A stretch of 64,000 nt of DNA, from NCBI RefSeq assembly GCF_963921235.1, contig NC_086097.1, positions 201,192,001 to 201,256,000 of the forward strand. The letters are read 5' to 3'. Positions 53,001 through 64,000 of the stretch are shown piece by piece. The notes beneath the pieces were generated by a model. It was given only the letters and a program-made list of their open reading frames with translations. It was not told the origin of the DNA and ran no database searches. The stretch's first letter is position 1. Each line of letters begins with the position of its first letter. The position numbers were made by a program, and so were the translations under genes. This DNA is from Mobula hypostoma. Taxonomy: Eukaryota.

Positions 53001-55380
53001 TTGTGTAGATTTCCTCAATGGTGGGGAGGGTTTTACCTGTGATGGGCTCTGCTATACCCACTACTTTTTGTAGGATTTTGCCATTCAAGGGCATTGGTGC
53101 TTCCAAACCAGGTTGTGATACAGCCAATCAATATACTCTCCACTACACATCTATAGAAGTTTGTCAAAAGTTTTAGGTATCATGCTGAATCTTTATAAAC
53201 TCCTCAGGAAGTAAAGGCGCCACAGTGTTTTCTTCATAATTTCTTTACAGTGCTGGGTCCAAGACAGGATCTCTGAACTATTAACACCAAGGAATTCGAA
53301 GTTGCTAACCCTCTTCACCTATGATCCTCCGATGAGGACTGGCTCATGGAGCTCTGGTTTCCTTCTCCTAAAGTCAATAATCAGCTCCTTAGACTTGCTG
53401 ACATTGAATAAGAAGTTGTTGTATGGCACCACTGGCCAGATTTTCAGTCTAACTCCTTTATGCTGATTTGTCGCCACCTTTGATTTGGCCTACAACAGTG
53501 GTGTTGTCAGCAATTTGAATATGGCTTTGGAGCTGTGCTTAGCCACAGAGTCACAAGTGTAGAGCGAGTAGAGCATGGGTCTAAGCACACAGACCTGTGG
53601 TGCACTTGTGCTGATGGAGATTGTGGAGCAGATGTTGTTGCCATTCCAAATTGACTGGGGTCTGCAAGTGAGGAAATCAAGGATACAATTGCACAAGGAG
53701 GTATTGAGGCCAAGGTCTTGAAGCCTAATGATTAGAATTGAGGGAAATATTGTATTGAATGCTGAGCGGTAGTCAATAAAGAGCATCCTGATGTATGCGT
53801 TTTTGCTGTCCAGGTGTTCCAGGGTTGAGTGAAGAGCCAATGAGATGGCAGCTACTGTGGACCTGTTGCTCTAGTAGGCAAATTGAAGTGGATCCAAGTC
53901 GCTTCTCGGGCAGGAATTGGTATCACCAATCTCTTAAAACACTTCATCAGCGTTGATGTAAGTTTTACTAGACAATAGTTATTGAGGCAGGTTATCATGT
54001 TCTTCTTCGGCACTAGTAGAATTAAAAACTGCTTGAAGCAGGTGGGTACCTCAGACTGCTGAGGTGAATGGTTAAAAATCTCAGTGAACACTCTAGCCAG
54101 TTGATCAGAACAGGTTTTTAGAACTTGGCTAGGTACCCTGTCTGGGCCAGATGTTTTTTGTGGGTTCACCCTCTTGAAGGCTGTTCACTCGTTGACCTCA
54201 GAGACTGAAATCACAGGATCATTAGGAGCTGTGGGAGTTTGTGATGGTTCCTCCATGTTTTGACAGTATAGAAGGCAAGCATAAAAGGCATTGAGCTCAT
54301 ATAGAAGGTAAGTCCTGTTGTTATCTATGTCATTAACTTTATAGAAGGTAATAGTATTCAAGCACTGACAAAACTGTTGAGCATCCTTCATTAATTCAAG
54401 ATTAGACAACCAAAGTTGCCACTTCACCCATGAGATGGTTTTCTGGAGACCATACCTGGACATCTTGTAACTTCCTTGGTCACCAAACTAAAATGCCACT
54501 GATCTGGCCCTCAGCAGAATGTGGATCCCTTGGATCACCCAGGGCTTCTCATTGGGAAGACTAAATGATCTTGTGGGAATACACTCATCTACAACCGTTT
54601 TAATAAGTCCTTGACAACGATGGTATATACAATCAAGTCCACTGATGAGTCATTGACACGACCCAGTCCACTGACTCTGAGCAATCCTGTAGTCACTCCG
54701 AGAAACCATAGAAAAACTACAGCACAGAAACAGGGCTTTTGGCCCTTCTTGGCTGTGCCGAACCATTTTCTGCCTTGTCCCACTGACCTGCACACGGACC
54801 ATATCCCTCCATACACCTCCCATCCATGTATCTGTCCAATTTATTCTTGAATATTAAAAAAGAATCCGCATTTACCACCTCGTCTGGCAGCTCATTCCAC
54901 ACTTCCACCACTCTCTGTGTGAAGAAACCCCCCCAATGTTCCCTTTAAACTTTTCCCCCTTCACCCTTAACCCATGTCCTCTTTTTTTTCTCTCCCCTTG
55001 CCTCAGTGGAAAAAGCTTGCTTGCATTCACTCTATCTATACCCACCATAATTTTATATACCTCTATCAAATCTCCCCTCATTCTTCTACACTCCAGGGAA
55101 TAAAGGCCTAACCTATTCAACCTTTCTCTGTAACTGAGTTTCTCAAGTCCCGGCAACATACTTGTAAACTCCTCTGCCTCCCATGACCACCTCTTTTTCT
55201 TTGTCCTAATTTTTGGAACTTTGCTCTTTAGCCTCTGAGTGTATGCTAGTAGGAAAAAGACAGCCAAGTAATCCGATTTACTGAAATGCAGTCTGGGCAT
55301 GGAACGGCAGGCATTCCTTATTATAGTATAGTAGTGGTCTAGTGTGTTGGGATCTCTGATGCTACAAAAATTCAAGGAAG
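50005..55380 (-). mobile_element. Nested Rex1 LINEs with two CR1 insertions (50739-52590 and 54701-55170)
   Basis: Rex1 RT/EN motifs ([30 protein letters not shown]) interrupted by CR1 ORF2 segments with tails. Confidence 0.88.
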
Positions 55381-55604
55381 TGACTCACCTTCAGAAGAGC
55401 AGATGTATTGCAGGTGGTAATTTTTCTTACCAATGTTGCTAACATGCAGTGAAAAAAGCAAAAGAGTACACAACCACAATAATTCTGTATAATAAGACTT
55501 ACAGCCATAGCTACTGTGACACTGATGTTCTGTAAATTTTAAATAAACACTAGATTTTTCTCAAGGTAAATCCATGCCTTTGCAGCTCTGTGCTGTTTGC
55601 AGTA

Positions 55605-56605
55605 CAGGTCCACAATCCCTTATCTGAAATCCTTGAAGCCAGTTGCATTTCGGAATTCAGAATTTTTCAGATTTCAGACCCCCCACCCCCCACCCACTAA
55701 TACCAAAAAACATATATGCTCAAGTCCCTTATTTAACCTGCCTCAGTGAGGTGGACTATAGGACCCGGTGGCTACCAAACCTACGCATATCCTCCCATAT
55801 ACTTTAAATCATCTCTAGATTACTTATAATACCTAATACAATGTAAATGCTATGTATAGCCCTTGTGGCTACGGGGATCAGGGGGTATGGAGGGAAGGCT
55901 GGTGCAGGGTTCTGAGTTGGATGATCAGCCATGATCATAATAAATAGCGGTGCAGGCTCGAAGGGCCGAATGGCCTACTCCTGCACCTATTTTCTATGTT
56001 TTCTATGTTTCTATGTAAGTAGTTGTTATACTATATTGTTTAGGGAATAATGACAAGAAAAAATTTTATTTCCAACAAAAACATTCAATAAAATATAAAA
56101 ATATACAGCTTCAAACGAACCGAATCAAACACATGGTAAATGACTTATTGGAATAAATGTAGAACGTCACTGTCACTATAAAACTTCAGTAACTTGTCTT
56201 TCTGTTTATTTAAATCATATACAGTGGTAGTTCCGACACTTTTTTCCTCAGTAAGACACCGCACAGACACATCACGATCAAGCTTCTGCAATAATTCCAC
56301 TTCCTGCGTTATTGATAATGATAGATGATTCCTTCTCTTTTTCTCATAGTTACCCATAGGGGTATCTGCAGCTCTTCTTGACACTTTCACAGTGAAATTA
56401 AACACAAAGTCAACAGTGAACACAAAATATCAGCGAACAGCAAATGCACGTGTAACCAGTACAAGCGTTGAGCCACAACTGATGTCTGGCGGCCTCTGCT
56501 AGTGCTGCCACGTCACACCTGAGTGACGTCACCCGTTGGAGAAAAAAACTTCGTTTTTTGGAGCTTTTTGGATTTCAGAATTTCGGATAAAGGAATGTGC
56601 ACCTG
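55605..56605 (-). mobile_element. Internally deleted Tigger/pogo transposon carrying the HTH N-terminus
   Basis: TIRs caggtccacaatcccttatctgaaat / atttcggataaaggaatgtgcacctg with TA TSDs. ORF KKRRNHLSLSITQEVELLQKLD...VGTTTVYDL is a CENP-B/psq-type HTH. A CR1 tail is inserted at ~55858-56015. Confidence 0.9.
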
Positions 56606-56629
56606 TAGTTGTACCTACTGCTCAACTTC

Positions 56630-57810
56630 AAGTTAAAGTTTATTGCCATTCAACCACGTACACATGTGCACAGCTGAACAAAACATCATTCCTCTGGGGC
56701 CAAAGTGCAAAACACAGTACATATAGCCATACACAGTTATATATGTTTACAATCCAGCACATACAATCACAAAATAATATCAGCACAAGTGTCTGAGTGG
56801 CATGGCCTGAGATTGACAGGTTGACATCAAGTGCAAAGTGCATGTTTATGTATGACAGTATAATGCTACAAGCACTGGTATAATAAAATAAGCAGTAGTC
56901 TAAATATGTGAAACAGCAGTAATAAAAGATGAACAGTGCAGGATGAGAGTGTGTCTGTAATTTGGGGAGTGGGGGGGTTACACGACAGAGCATTCAGACA
57001 GGGTGGCAGCAGGGTGTTAAGAAGTCTAACAGCCTGAGGAAGAGGCCATTATCCAGCCTGATCATTCTGGTTCTTCTGCCTGATGGCAAAAGGTCAAAGA
57101 GATTGTAGGAAGGATAGGAGGGGACTTTGACAATCCTGGAGGCACTGGACATGCAGTGCTTCTGATACATGTCCAGAAAAAGTGGGGGAGGAGAGATAGG
57201 GAGAGGGAGAGGGGGAGGGAGAGGGAGAGGAAGGGAGAGGGAGAGGGAGAGGGAGAGGGAGAGGAAGGGAGAGGGAGAGGGAGAGGAAGGGAGAGGGAGA
57301 GGAGAAGGGGAGGGGGAGGGTGAGAGAGGGAGAGGGAAAAGGAGAGGGAGAGGGAGAGGGAGAGAGAGGGAGAGGGAGAGGGAGAGGGAGAGAGAGGGAG
57401 AGGGGGAGGGAGGGGGAAGGGGGAGGGACAGACAGACAGGCAGACAGACGGACATCAATGATATTTTCAGCAGTCCTCACTATCCATTGCAGGATCTTGC
57501 GATCTGATGCATTCCAATTCCCATACCACATGCCACATGGTGATGCAGTTGGTCAGGACACTCTCGATGGTGCTGCAGTAGAATATGATAAGAATAAGTG
57601 GACAGGGGTGGGGAGGGGGGAGATGTAGGAGCCTCATTTGCCTCAGTCTCCTCAGTAAGAGGAGGTGCTGCTGTTCTCTCTTAGCTAAAAAAAAGTGGTG
57701 TTGAGGGACCAGGTGAGATTATCAGTAATGTGAAGGTAAGAAACTTGGTGTTACTGACTCACAACAGAGAAGCTGTTGATGTGCAGTAGGGAGTGGTCAG
57801 TCTGCACATC
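56630..57810 (-). mobile_element. Rex1 LINE 3' fragment
   Basis: WYGNWNASDRKILQWIVRTAENII ... FDLLPSGRR. Confidence 0.8.
57180..57430. repeat. (GAGAGG)n-like polypurine tract
   Basis: ~250 bp of almost pure A/G inside a Rex1 fragment. Confidence 0.95.
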
Positions 57811-58054
57811 AAGAGCTCCTCCATTCAGAGAGGCAGCAGCACCAAATTTCTTGCCTTCATATTACTGACCTGACAGAGTGCCTGATCCTCTGAGGGAGTG
57901 GGGCCTTTCTCACTGGCATATCATTTAGTGCATCAAAGTGTGCACAGAAGACTGGCAGGAAGAGAGGTATCACTATCAATGATGAACAGGATGGTTTTAT
58001 TGTTGGATTCATCGGCCTGTAATTTCCTGGCTTATTTCTGCTACCCTTTTTAAA

Positions 58055-61000
58055 CAATCGTATCAGAATCAGGTTTGTTATCACTGGCAAATCTGTTGTT
58101 TTGCGGTTGTAATACATTGTAATTCATAATAATAAACACTGCAAGTTTCAATAGGTACACTATATATATGATAAGTAGTTCAGAGAGAAAGAGAAAAAAT
58201 AACGAGATATTGTTCATGGGTTCATTGTCCATTCAGAAATCTGATGACAGAGGGTAAGAAGCTGTTACTGAAATTTTCAATATGTGTCTTCAGGCTCCTG
58301 TACCTCCTCCTTGATGGTAGCAATGAGAAGAGGGCATGTCCTGAGTGATGGGGGGTCCATAATGAGACCATAAGTTCATAAGATATAGGAGCAGAATTAG
58401 GCCATTTGGCCCATCGAGTCTGCTCCATTTCATCCTGGCTGATCCAATTTCCCTCTCAGTACCAATATCCCGCTTTTTCCCTGTACGCCTTCATGCCTTG
58501 ACCAATTAGGAATCTGTCAACCTCTACCTTAAATTTACATAAAGACTTGGCCTCCACAGCTGCCTGTGGCAAAGAATTCCACAGATTCACCACTCTTTGG
58601 CCAAAGAAATACCTCCTCATCTCTGTACTAAAAGGCCGCCCTCTGTTCTGAGGCAGTGTATCTGGTCTTAGATGCTCCCACCCTAGGAAACATTCTCTCC
58701 TCATCCACTCTATCAAGGTCTTTCACATTCAATAGGTTTCAATGAGCTCACCCCTCATTCTTCTGAACTCCAGTGAGTACAGGCTCAGAGCTATCAAACG
58801 CTCTTCTTATGACAAGCCATTCCATCCTGGAATCATTTTCGTGAACTTCCTTTGACCCTCTCTACTTTCAGAACATCCTTTCTAAGATAAGGGATCCAAA
58901 CCTGCTCACAATACTCCAAGTGACACCTCAGCAGTGATAGGTGCTGAATTTTTGATTCATCACCTTTTGAAGGTGTCCTGGATGCTGGGGAGGTTAGTGC
59001 CCGTGATGGAGCTGGCTGATTTTACAACTTTCTGCAGCTCCTTCTGATCCTGTGCAGTGGCCGCTCCATACCCAACAATGACCCAACCAGTTAGAATGCT
59101 CTCTACAGTACATCTGTAGATATTTGCGAGTGTCTTTGATGACATACCAAATCACCTCAAGCTCAAAAAGAAATATGACTACTGTCATGCCTTCTTTGTA
59201 ATTGCATCAATATGTTGGGCCCTGGATAGATCCTCAGAAATGTTGATACCCAGGAACTTGAAACTGCTCACCCTTTCCTCTTCAGATCCCTTGATGAACA
59301 CAGGCTTGTGTTACCTCTACTTCCTCAATTAATTTCTTGGTCTTACTAACATTGAGCGCAAGGTTGTTACTATGACACCACTCAACCAGCTGATCAAATT
59401 TACTTCTGTACACCTCCTTGTCACCATCTGAAATTCTACCCGCAATAGTTGTGTCATCATCAAATCTAGAGATGGTGTTTGAGTTGTGCTGAGCCACACA
59501 TTCGTGAGTGTAGAGAGTAGAGCAGTGTGCTAAGCACACCTCCTTGTGGTGTTGGTTGTCAGCGAGGAGGAGATGTTATTTCCAATCCACACAGATAGTA
59601 GTCTCCCAGTAAGCAAGTTAAGGATCCAATTACAGAGGGAGGTGGTACAGAAGCCCTGGTTTTGGAGCTTGTTGATTAGATCTGAGGGTATGATTGTGTT
59701 GAACACTGAGCTGTAGTCAATAAACAGCAGCCTGAAGTAGGTATTAATATTGTCCAGGTGATCAAAGGCCAAATAGAGAGAATGTGAGATTGCATTGTTG
59801 TAAACCTATCATGGTAATAAGCAAATTGCAATGGGACCAGGTCGTTTCTTTGGCAGGAGTTGATTCTGCCCATGACTAACCTCTCAAAGCACTTCATTAC
59901 ATTAGATATGAATGCTACTGGGTGATGAGGCATTGAGGTAGCTCACCATGCTCTTCTTGGGCACTGGTAAAATCACCACCCTTTTGAAGCAGGTGGATAC
60001 CTCCAACTGCAGCAGTGAGAGATTGAAGATGTCCTTGAACACTCCTGCCAGTTGGTTGGCACAGGTTTCCCTGGTACACCAGCAAGGCTTAATGCCTTGC
60101 AAAGATTCATCTTGTTCTGACATCTGAAAGGTGATCTGACATCGGTGTCTGAGACAGGAATCACAGGGTCACCAGATGCTGCAGGGATTCTCACAGGTGT
60201 AGTTTTATTCTCTCTTTCAAAGTCTGCTCATCTGGGAGAGAAGCATTATAGCAATTCATGATGTTATCACTTTGTAGAAGATAATTACCTGCAAATTATT
60301 CCAAAGCTGATGTGTAACTGATTCTGTCTCTAACCTCAGTCAGAGCTGTTTTTCACCCTTAAAATAGCTTTCAATAGGTCATAACTAGACTTTTTGTATA
60401 GTGCTGAATCACCAGTCTTGAATACCACAGATCTAGCCCTCAGCAGACTATGAATCTCGAGGTGCATCCAGGGCTTTTGGTTTGGGTATGTCCAGTATGT
60501 TCTTGAAGGCACACACTCATCCTCACAGGTTTTAATGAAGTCAGTGACCACAGTGGCATATTAATTCAGATTTGAAGATGACTCCCTGAATATTGTCCAG
60601 TCCACCAACTCAAAGCAGTCCTGTTAACGTCTCCTCCACCTCCCGTGACCATACCTTCTTGGTCCTTTCCACTGGTGCTGCAGTCCTCAGTCTCTACTTG
60701 TACAGCCAGGTGATCAGACTTTCCAAAGTGTGGGCATGGGATGGCACAGTAAGTGTTCTTGATGGTGGTGTAACAGTGTTCATGTGTGTTGGCTCCTCTG
60801 GTGCCACAGGTGATATGTTGGTGGTAGTTACTCAGAGATTTCTTCAAGATGGTGTGGTTGAAATCTACCACAATGATAGGAAAGGCATCAGAGTGCCTGC
60901 TGATTACATTGCTCAACCTGCTTGGTGCCTGTGAAACGTTGACATGAGGTGGAATGTGCAATGCTGGTAGAAAACACCCTCAGCAGGAACAGTAAAATGT

Positions 61001-61130
61001 ATGTCAGATGACCACTAGATTTTCCAGGTTGAGTGAGCAGGACTGTATCGTACTTGCCACATTTGTGCACAATCATGAATTAATCATAAGGCATACTCCA
61101 CTTCCTCTGCCTTAAGCAGCTGGACTGACA
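58055..61130 (-). mobile_element. Rex1 LINE with CR1 3' insertion (58366-58935)
   Basis: EN (VDFNH, HFGKSDH) and RT (LLFIDYSSVFNTI, RFDDDTT) remnants. Confidence 0.85.
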
Positions 61131-61554
61131 TCTCAAGAATTAAAGTGTAAGGCAAGTGGGGTTATTTAATTGGAATTGTTTTAAACCAGACAATGTAGCT
61201 AAGTTATTTAGCTCAAGGAAGCTTGCAGATCAGATTGACACTATCACCTAGCACATCAGTTAGCTGACCTGTTAATAGTTAGAAGCTTTGTGTGCTCAGC
61301 GAGTCAGCTTCACTGCAAAACTTTTAGACCACTCATGAAGAAAAGGTGTCTGAAAATATCATATATGTATCAAGTCATCCAATTGACAAAAATGTATAAA
61401 TGGAGACAGTAGTTAGGCCTGTGCTGATCAATTGGATGGAGTGTTCACCGATATCTTTAACTTCTCATTTCGGCAATCTGAGGTAACCACCTGGTTCAAG
61501 CAGGCCTCAGTTATACTGGAGCCTAAGAACATGGTAAACTGCTTCAATGACTAT

Positions 61555-64000
61555 CAAGTCAAGTCAAGCCACTTTTGATTGCCATTTCAACCATAACTGC
61601 TCCACAGGGGACTGTCTTGTCTCCCTTTCTCTTCACCATTTACACCTCGGACTTTAACTACTGCACAGAGTCTTGTCACCTTCAGAAGTTTTCTGATGAC
61701 TCTGCCATAGTTGGATGCATCAGCAAGGGAGATGAGGCTCAGTACAGGGCTACGGTAGGAAAATTTGTCACATGGTGTGAGCAGAATTATCTGCAGCTTG
61801 ATGTGAAAAAGACTAAGGAGCTGGTAGTAGACCTGAGGAGAGCTAAGGTACTGGTGACCCCTGTTTCCATCCAGGGGGTCAGTGTGGACATGGTGGAGGA
61901 TTATAAATACCTTGGGATACGAAATGACAATAAACTGGACTGGTCAAAGAACACTGAGGCTGTCTACAAGAAGGGTGAGAGCCGTCTCTATTTCCTGAGG
62001 AGACTGAGGTCCTTTAACATCTGCCAGACGATGCTGAGGATATTCTACAAGTCTGTGGTGGCCAGTGCTATCATGTTTGCTGTTGTGTGCTGGGGCTGCA
62101 GGCTGAGGGCAGCAGACACCAACAGAATCAATAAACTCATTCGTAAGGCCAGTGATGTCGTGGGGATGGAAAAAGACTCTCTCACGGTGGTGTCTGAAAA
62201 GAGGATGCTGTCTAAGTTGCATGCCATCTTGGACAATGTCTCCCATCCACTACATAATGTACTGGGTGGGCACAGGAGTACATTCAGCCAGAGACTCATT
62301 CCACAGAGATGCAACACAGAGCGTCATAGGAAGTCATTCCTGCCTGTGGCCATCAAATTTTACAACTCCTCCCTTGGAGGGTCAGACACCCTGAGCCAAT
62401 AGACTGGTCTTGGACATATTTCATAATTTACTGGCATAATTTACATTTACTATTTAACTATTTATGGTTTCATTACTATTTATTATTTATGGTGCAACTG
62501 TAATGAAAACCAATTTCCCCCGGGATCAATAAAGTATGACTATGACTATGACTATGACTATGTCTAACTGCTGGTACAGAACATAGTAAAAATGAGATGA
62601 CGTTTTCCACGACCATGGTGCTACATGAAACAATACAAAAACTACACTGAACTATGTAAGAAAAAACACAAAAACTACACTAGACTACAGACCTATCCAG
62701 AACTGCATTAAGTGCACAAAACAGTGCAGGCACTACAATAAATAATAATAAATAATAAACAAGACAGTAGGCACATTAGAGGGTATAGTAGGTTGGTATC
62801 AAGCCAGGCTCTGGGTATTGAGGAGTGTGATGGCTTGGGGGAAGAAACTGTTACATAGTCTGATCGTGAGAGCCAAATGCTTCGGTGTCTTTTTCCAGAT
62901 GGCAGGAGGGAGAAGAGTTAATATGAGGGGTGCGTGGGGTCCTTCATAATGCTGTTTGCTTTGCGGATGCAGCGTATGGTGTAAATGTCTGTGATGGTGG
63001 GAAGAGAGACCCCAATGATCTTCTCAGCTGACCTCACTATCCGCTGCAGGGTCTTGCGATCCAAGATGGTGCCATTTCCCAACCAGGCAGTGATGCAGCT
63101 GCTCAGGATGCTCTCAATACAACCTCTGTAGAATGTGGTGAGGATGGGGGGGTGGGAGATGGACTTTCCTCAGCCTTCGCAGAAAGTAGAGACGCTGCTG
63201 GGCTTCCTTTGCTATGGAGCTGGTGTTGAGGGACCAGGTGAGATTCTCTGCCAGGTGAACACCAAGAAATTTGGTGCTCTTAACGATCTCTACGGAGGAG
63301 TCGTCGATAATCAGCAGAGAGTGGGCGCTCCGTGTCCTCCTGAAGTCAACAACCAGCTCCTTTGTTTTGTTCACATTCAGAGACAGGTTGTTGGCTCTGC
63401 ACCAGTCCGTTAGCCACTACACCTCCTCTCTGTATGCTGACTCATCATTCTTGCTGATGAGACCCACCATCTGGGGGGCCCCCGTGCTCAGTATGATGGT
63501 GCTGGAGATGCTGCTACCAATTCGGACCGACTGAGGTCTCCCAGTCAGGAAGTCTAGGATCCAGTTGCAGAAGGAGGTATTCAGGCCCAGTAGGCTCAAC
63601 TTTCCCATCAGCTTCTAAGGAATGATTGTGTTGAATGCTGAACTGAAGTCTATGAACAGCATTCAAAAGTACGTGTCCATTTTGTCCAGGTGGGTTAAGG
63701 CCAGGTGGAGGGTGACGACAATGGCATCGTCTGTTGAATGGTTGGGACTGTACGCGAACTGCAGGGGGTCCAGTGAGGGGGGCAGCAGGGTCTTAATGTG
63801 CCTCATGACGAGCCTCTCGAAACACTTCATGATGATGGCTGTGAGTGTGACGGGACGGTAGTCGTTGAGGCAGGACACTGAAGACTTCTTCGGCATGGGG
63901 ACGATGGTGGCGGCCTTGTAGCATGTAGGAATGATGGCGCTGCTCAGCGAGATGTTGAAGATGTCAGTGAGAATATCTGCTAGCTGGTCTGCACATCCTC
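61555..64000 (-). mobile_element. Rex1 LINE hosting the 61602-62564 insertion in its 3' UTR
   Basis: [33 protein letters not shown]; (caagt)n tail at ~61555. Confidence 0.88.
61602..62564 (+). mobile_element. Young Rex1/Babar LINE, 5'-truncated, with TSD
   Basis: Uninterrupted C-terminal RT ORF, (tatgac)n tail, TSD taactgct at 61594-61601 and 62565-62572. Confidence 0.95.

Noticed and set aside
56994..57628. Pro/Ser- and Arg/Glu/Gly-rich ORFs
   Set aside because: Artefacts of the polypurine repeat.

Overview
AT-rich vertebrate genomic DNA. The repeat families (CR1 with (CTATGTTT)n-type tails, Rex1/Babar, V-SINE, Penelope/MER6-like) suggest a cartilaginous fish, probably a ray; this is an inference. 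Most of the window is decayed or nested transposable elements: CR1, Rex1/Babar, RTE, Penelope, Tc1, Tigger/pogo, SINEs, two probable solo LTRs and an ERV env fragment. From about 42.5 kb to the end it is almost entirely TE. No intact host gene is present. The main result is a chain of about 16 minus-strand exon remnants between ~41.46 kb and 0.48 kb, hidden among the repeats. Most have GT-AG sites, and several runs have matching splice phases. Their translations are colinear with GREB1/GREB1L from the N-terminus through the helicase-like region, but very divergent and full of stops and frameshifts. This looks like a spliced (unitary) pseudogene of a divergent third GREB1-family paralog that continues off the left edge. 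The GREB1 alignments were done by eye against human sequences recalled from memory and need tblastn/HMM confirmation.
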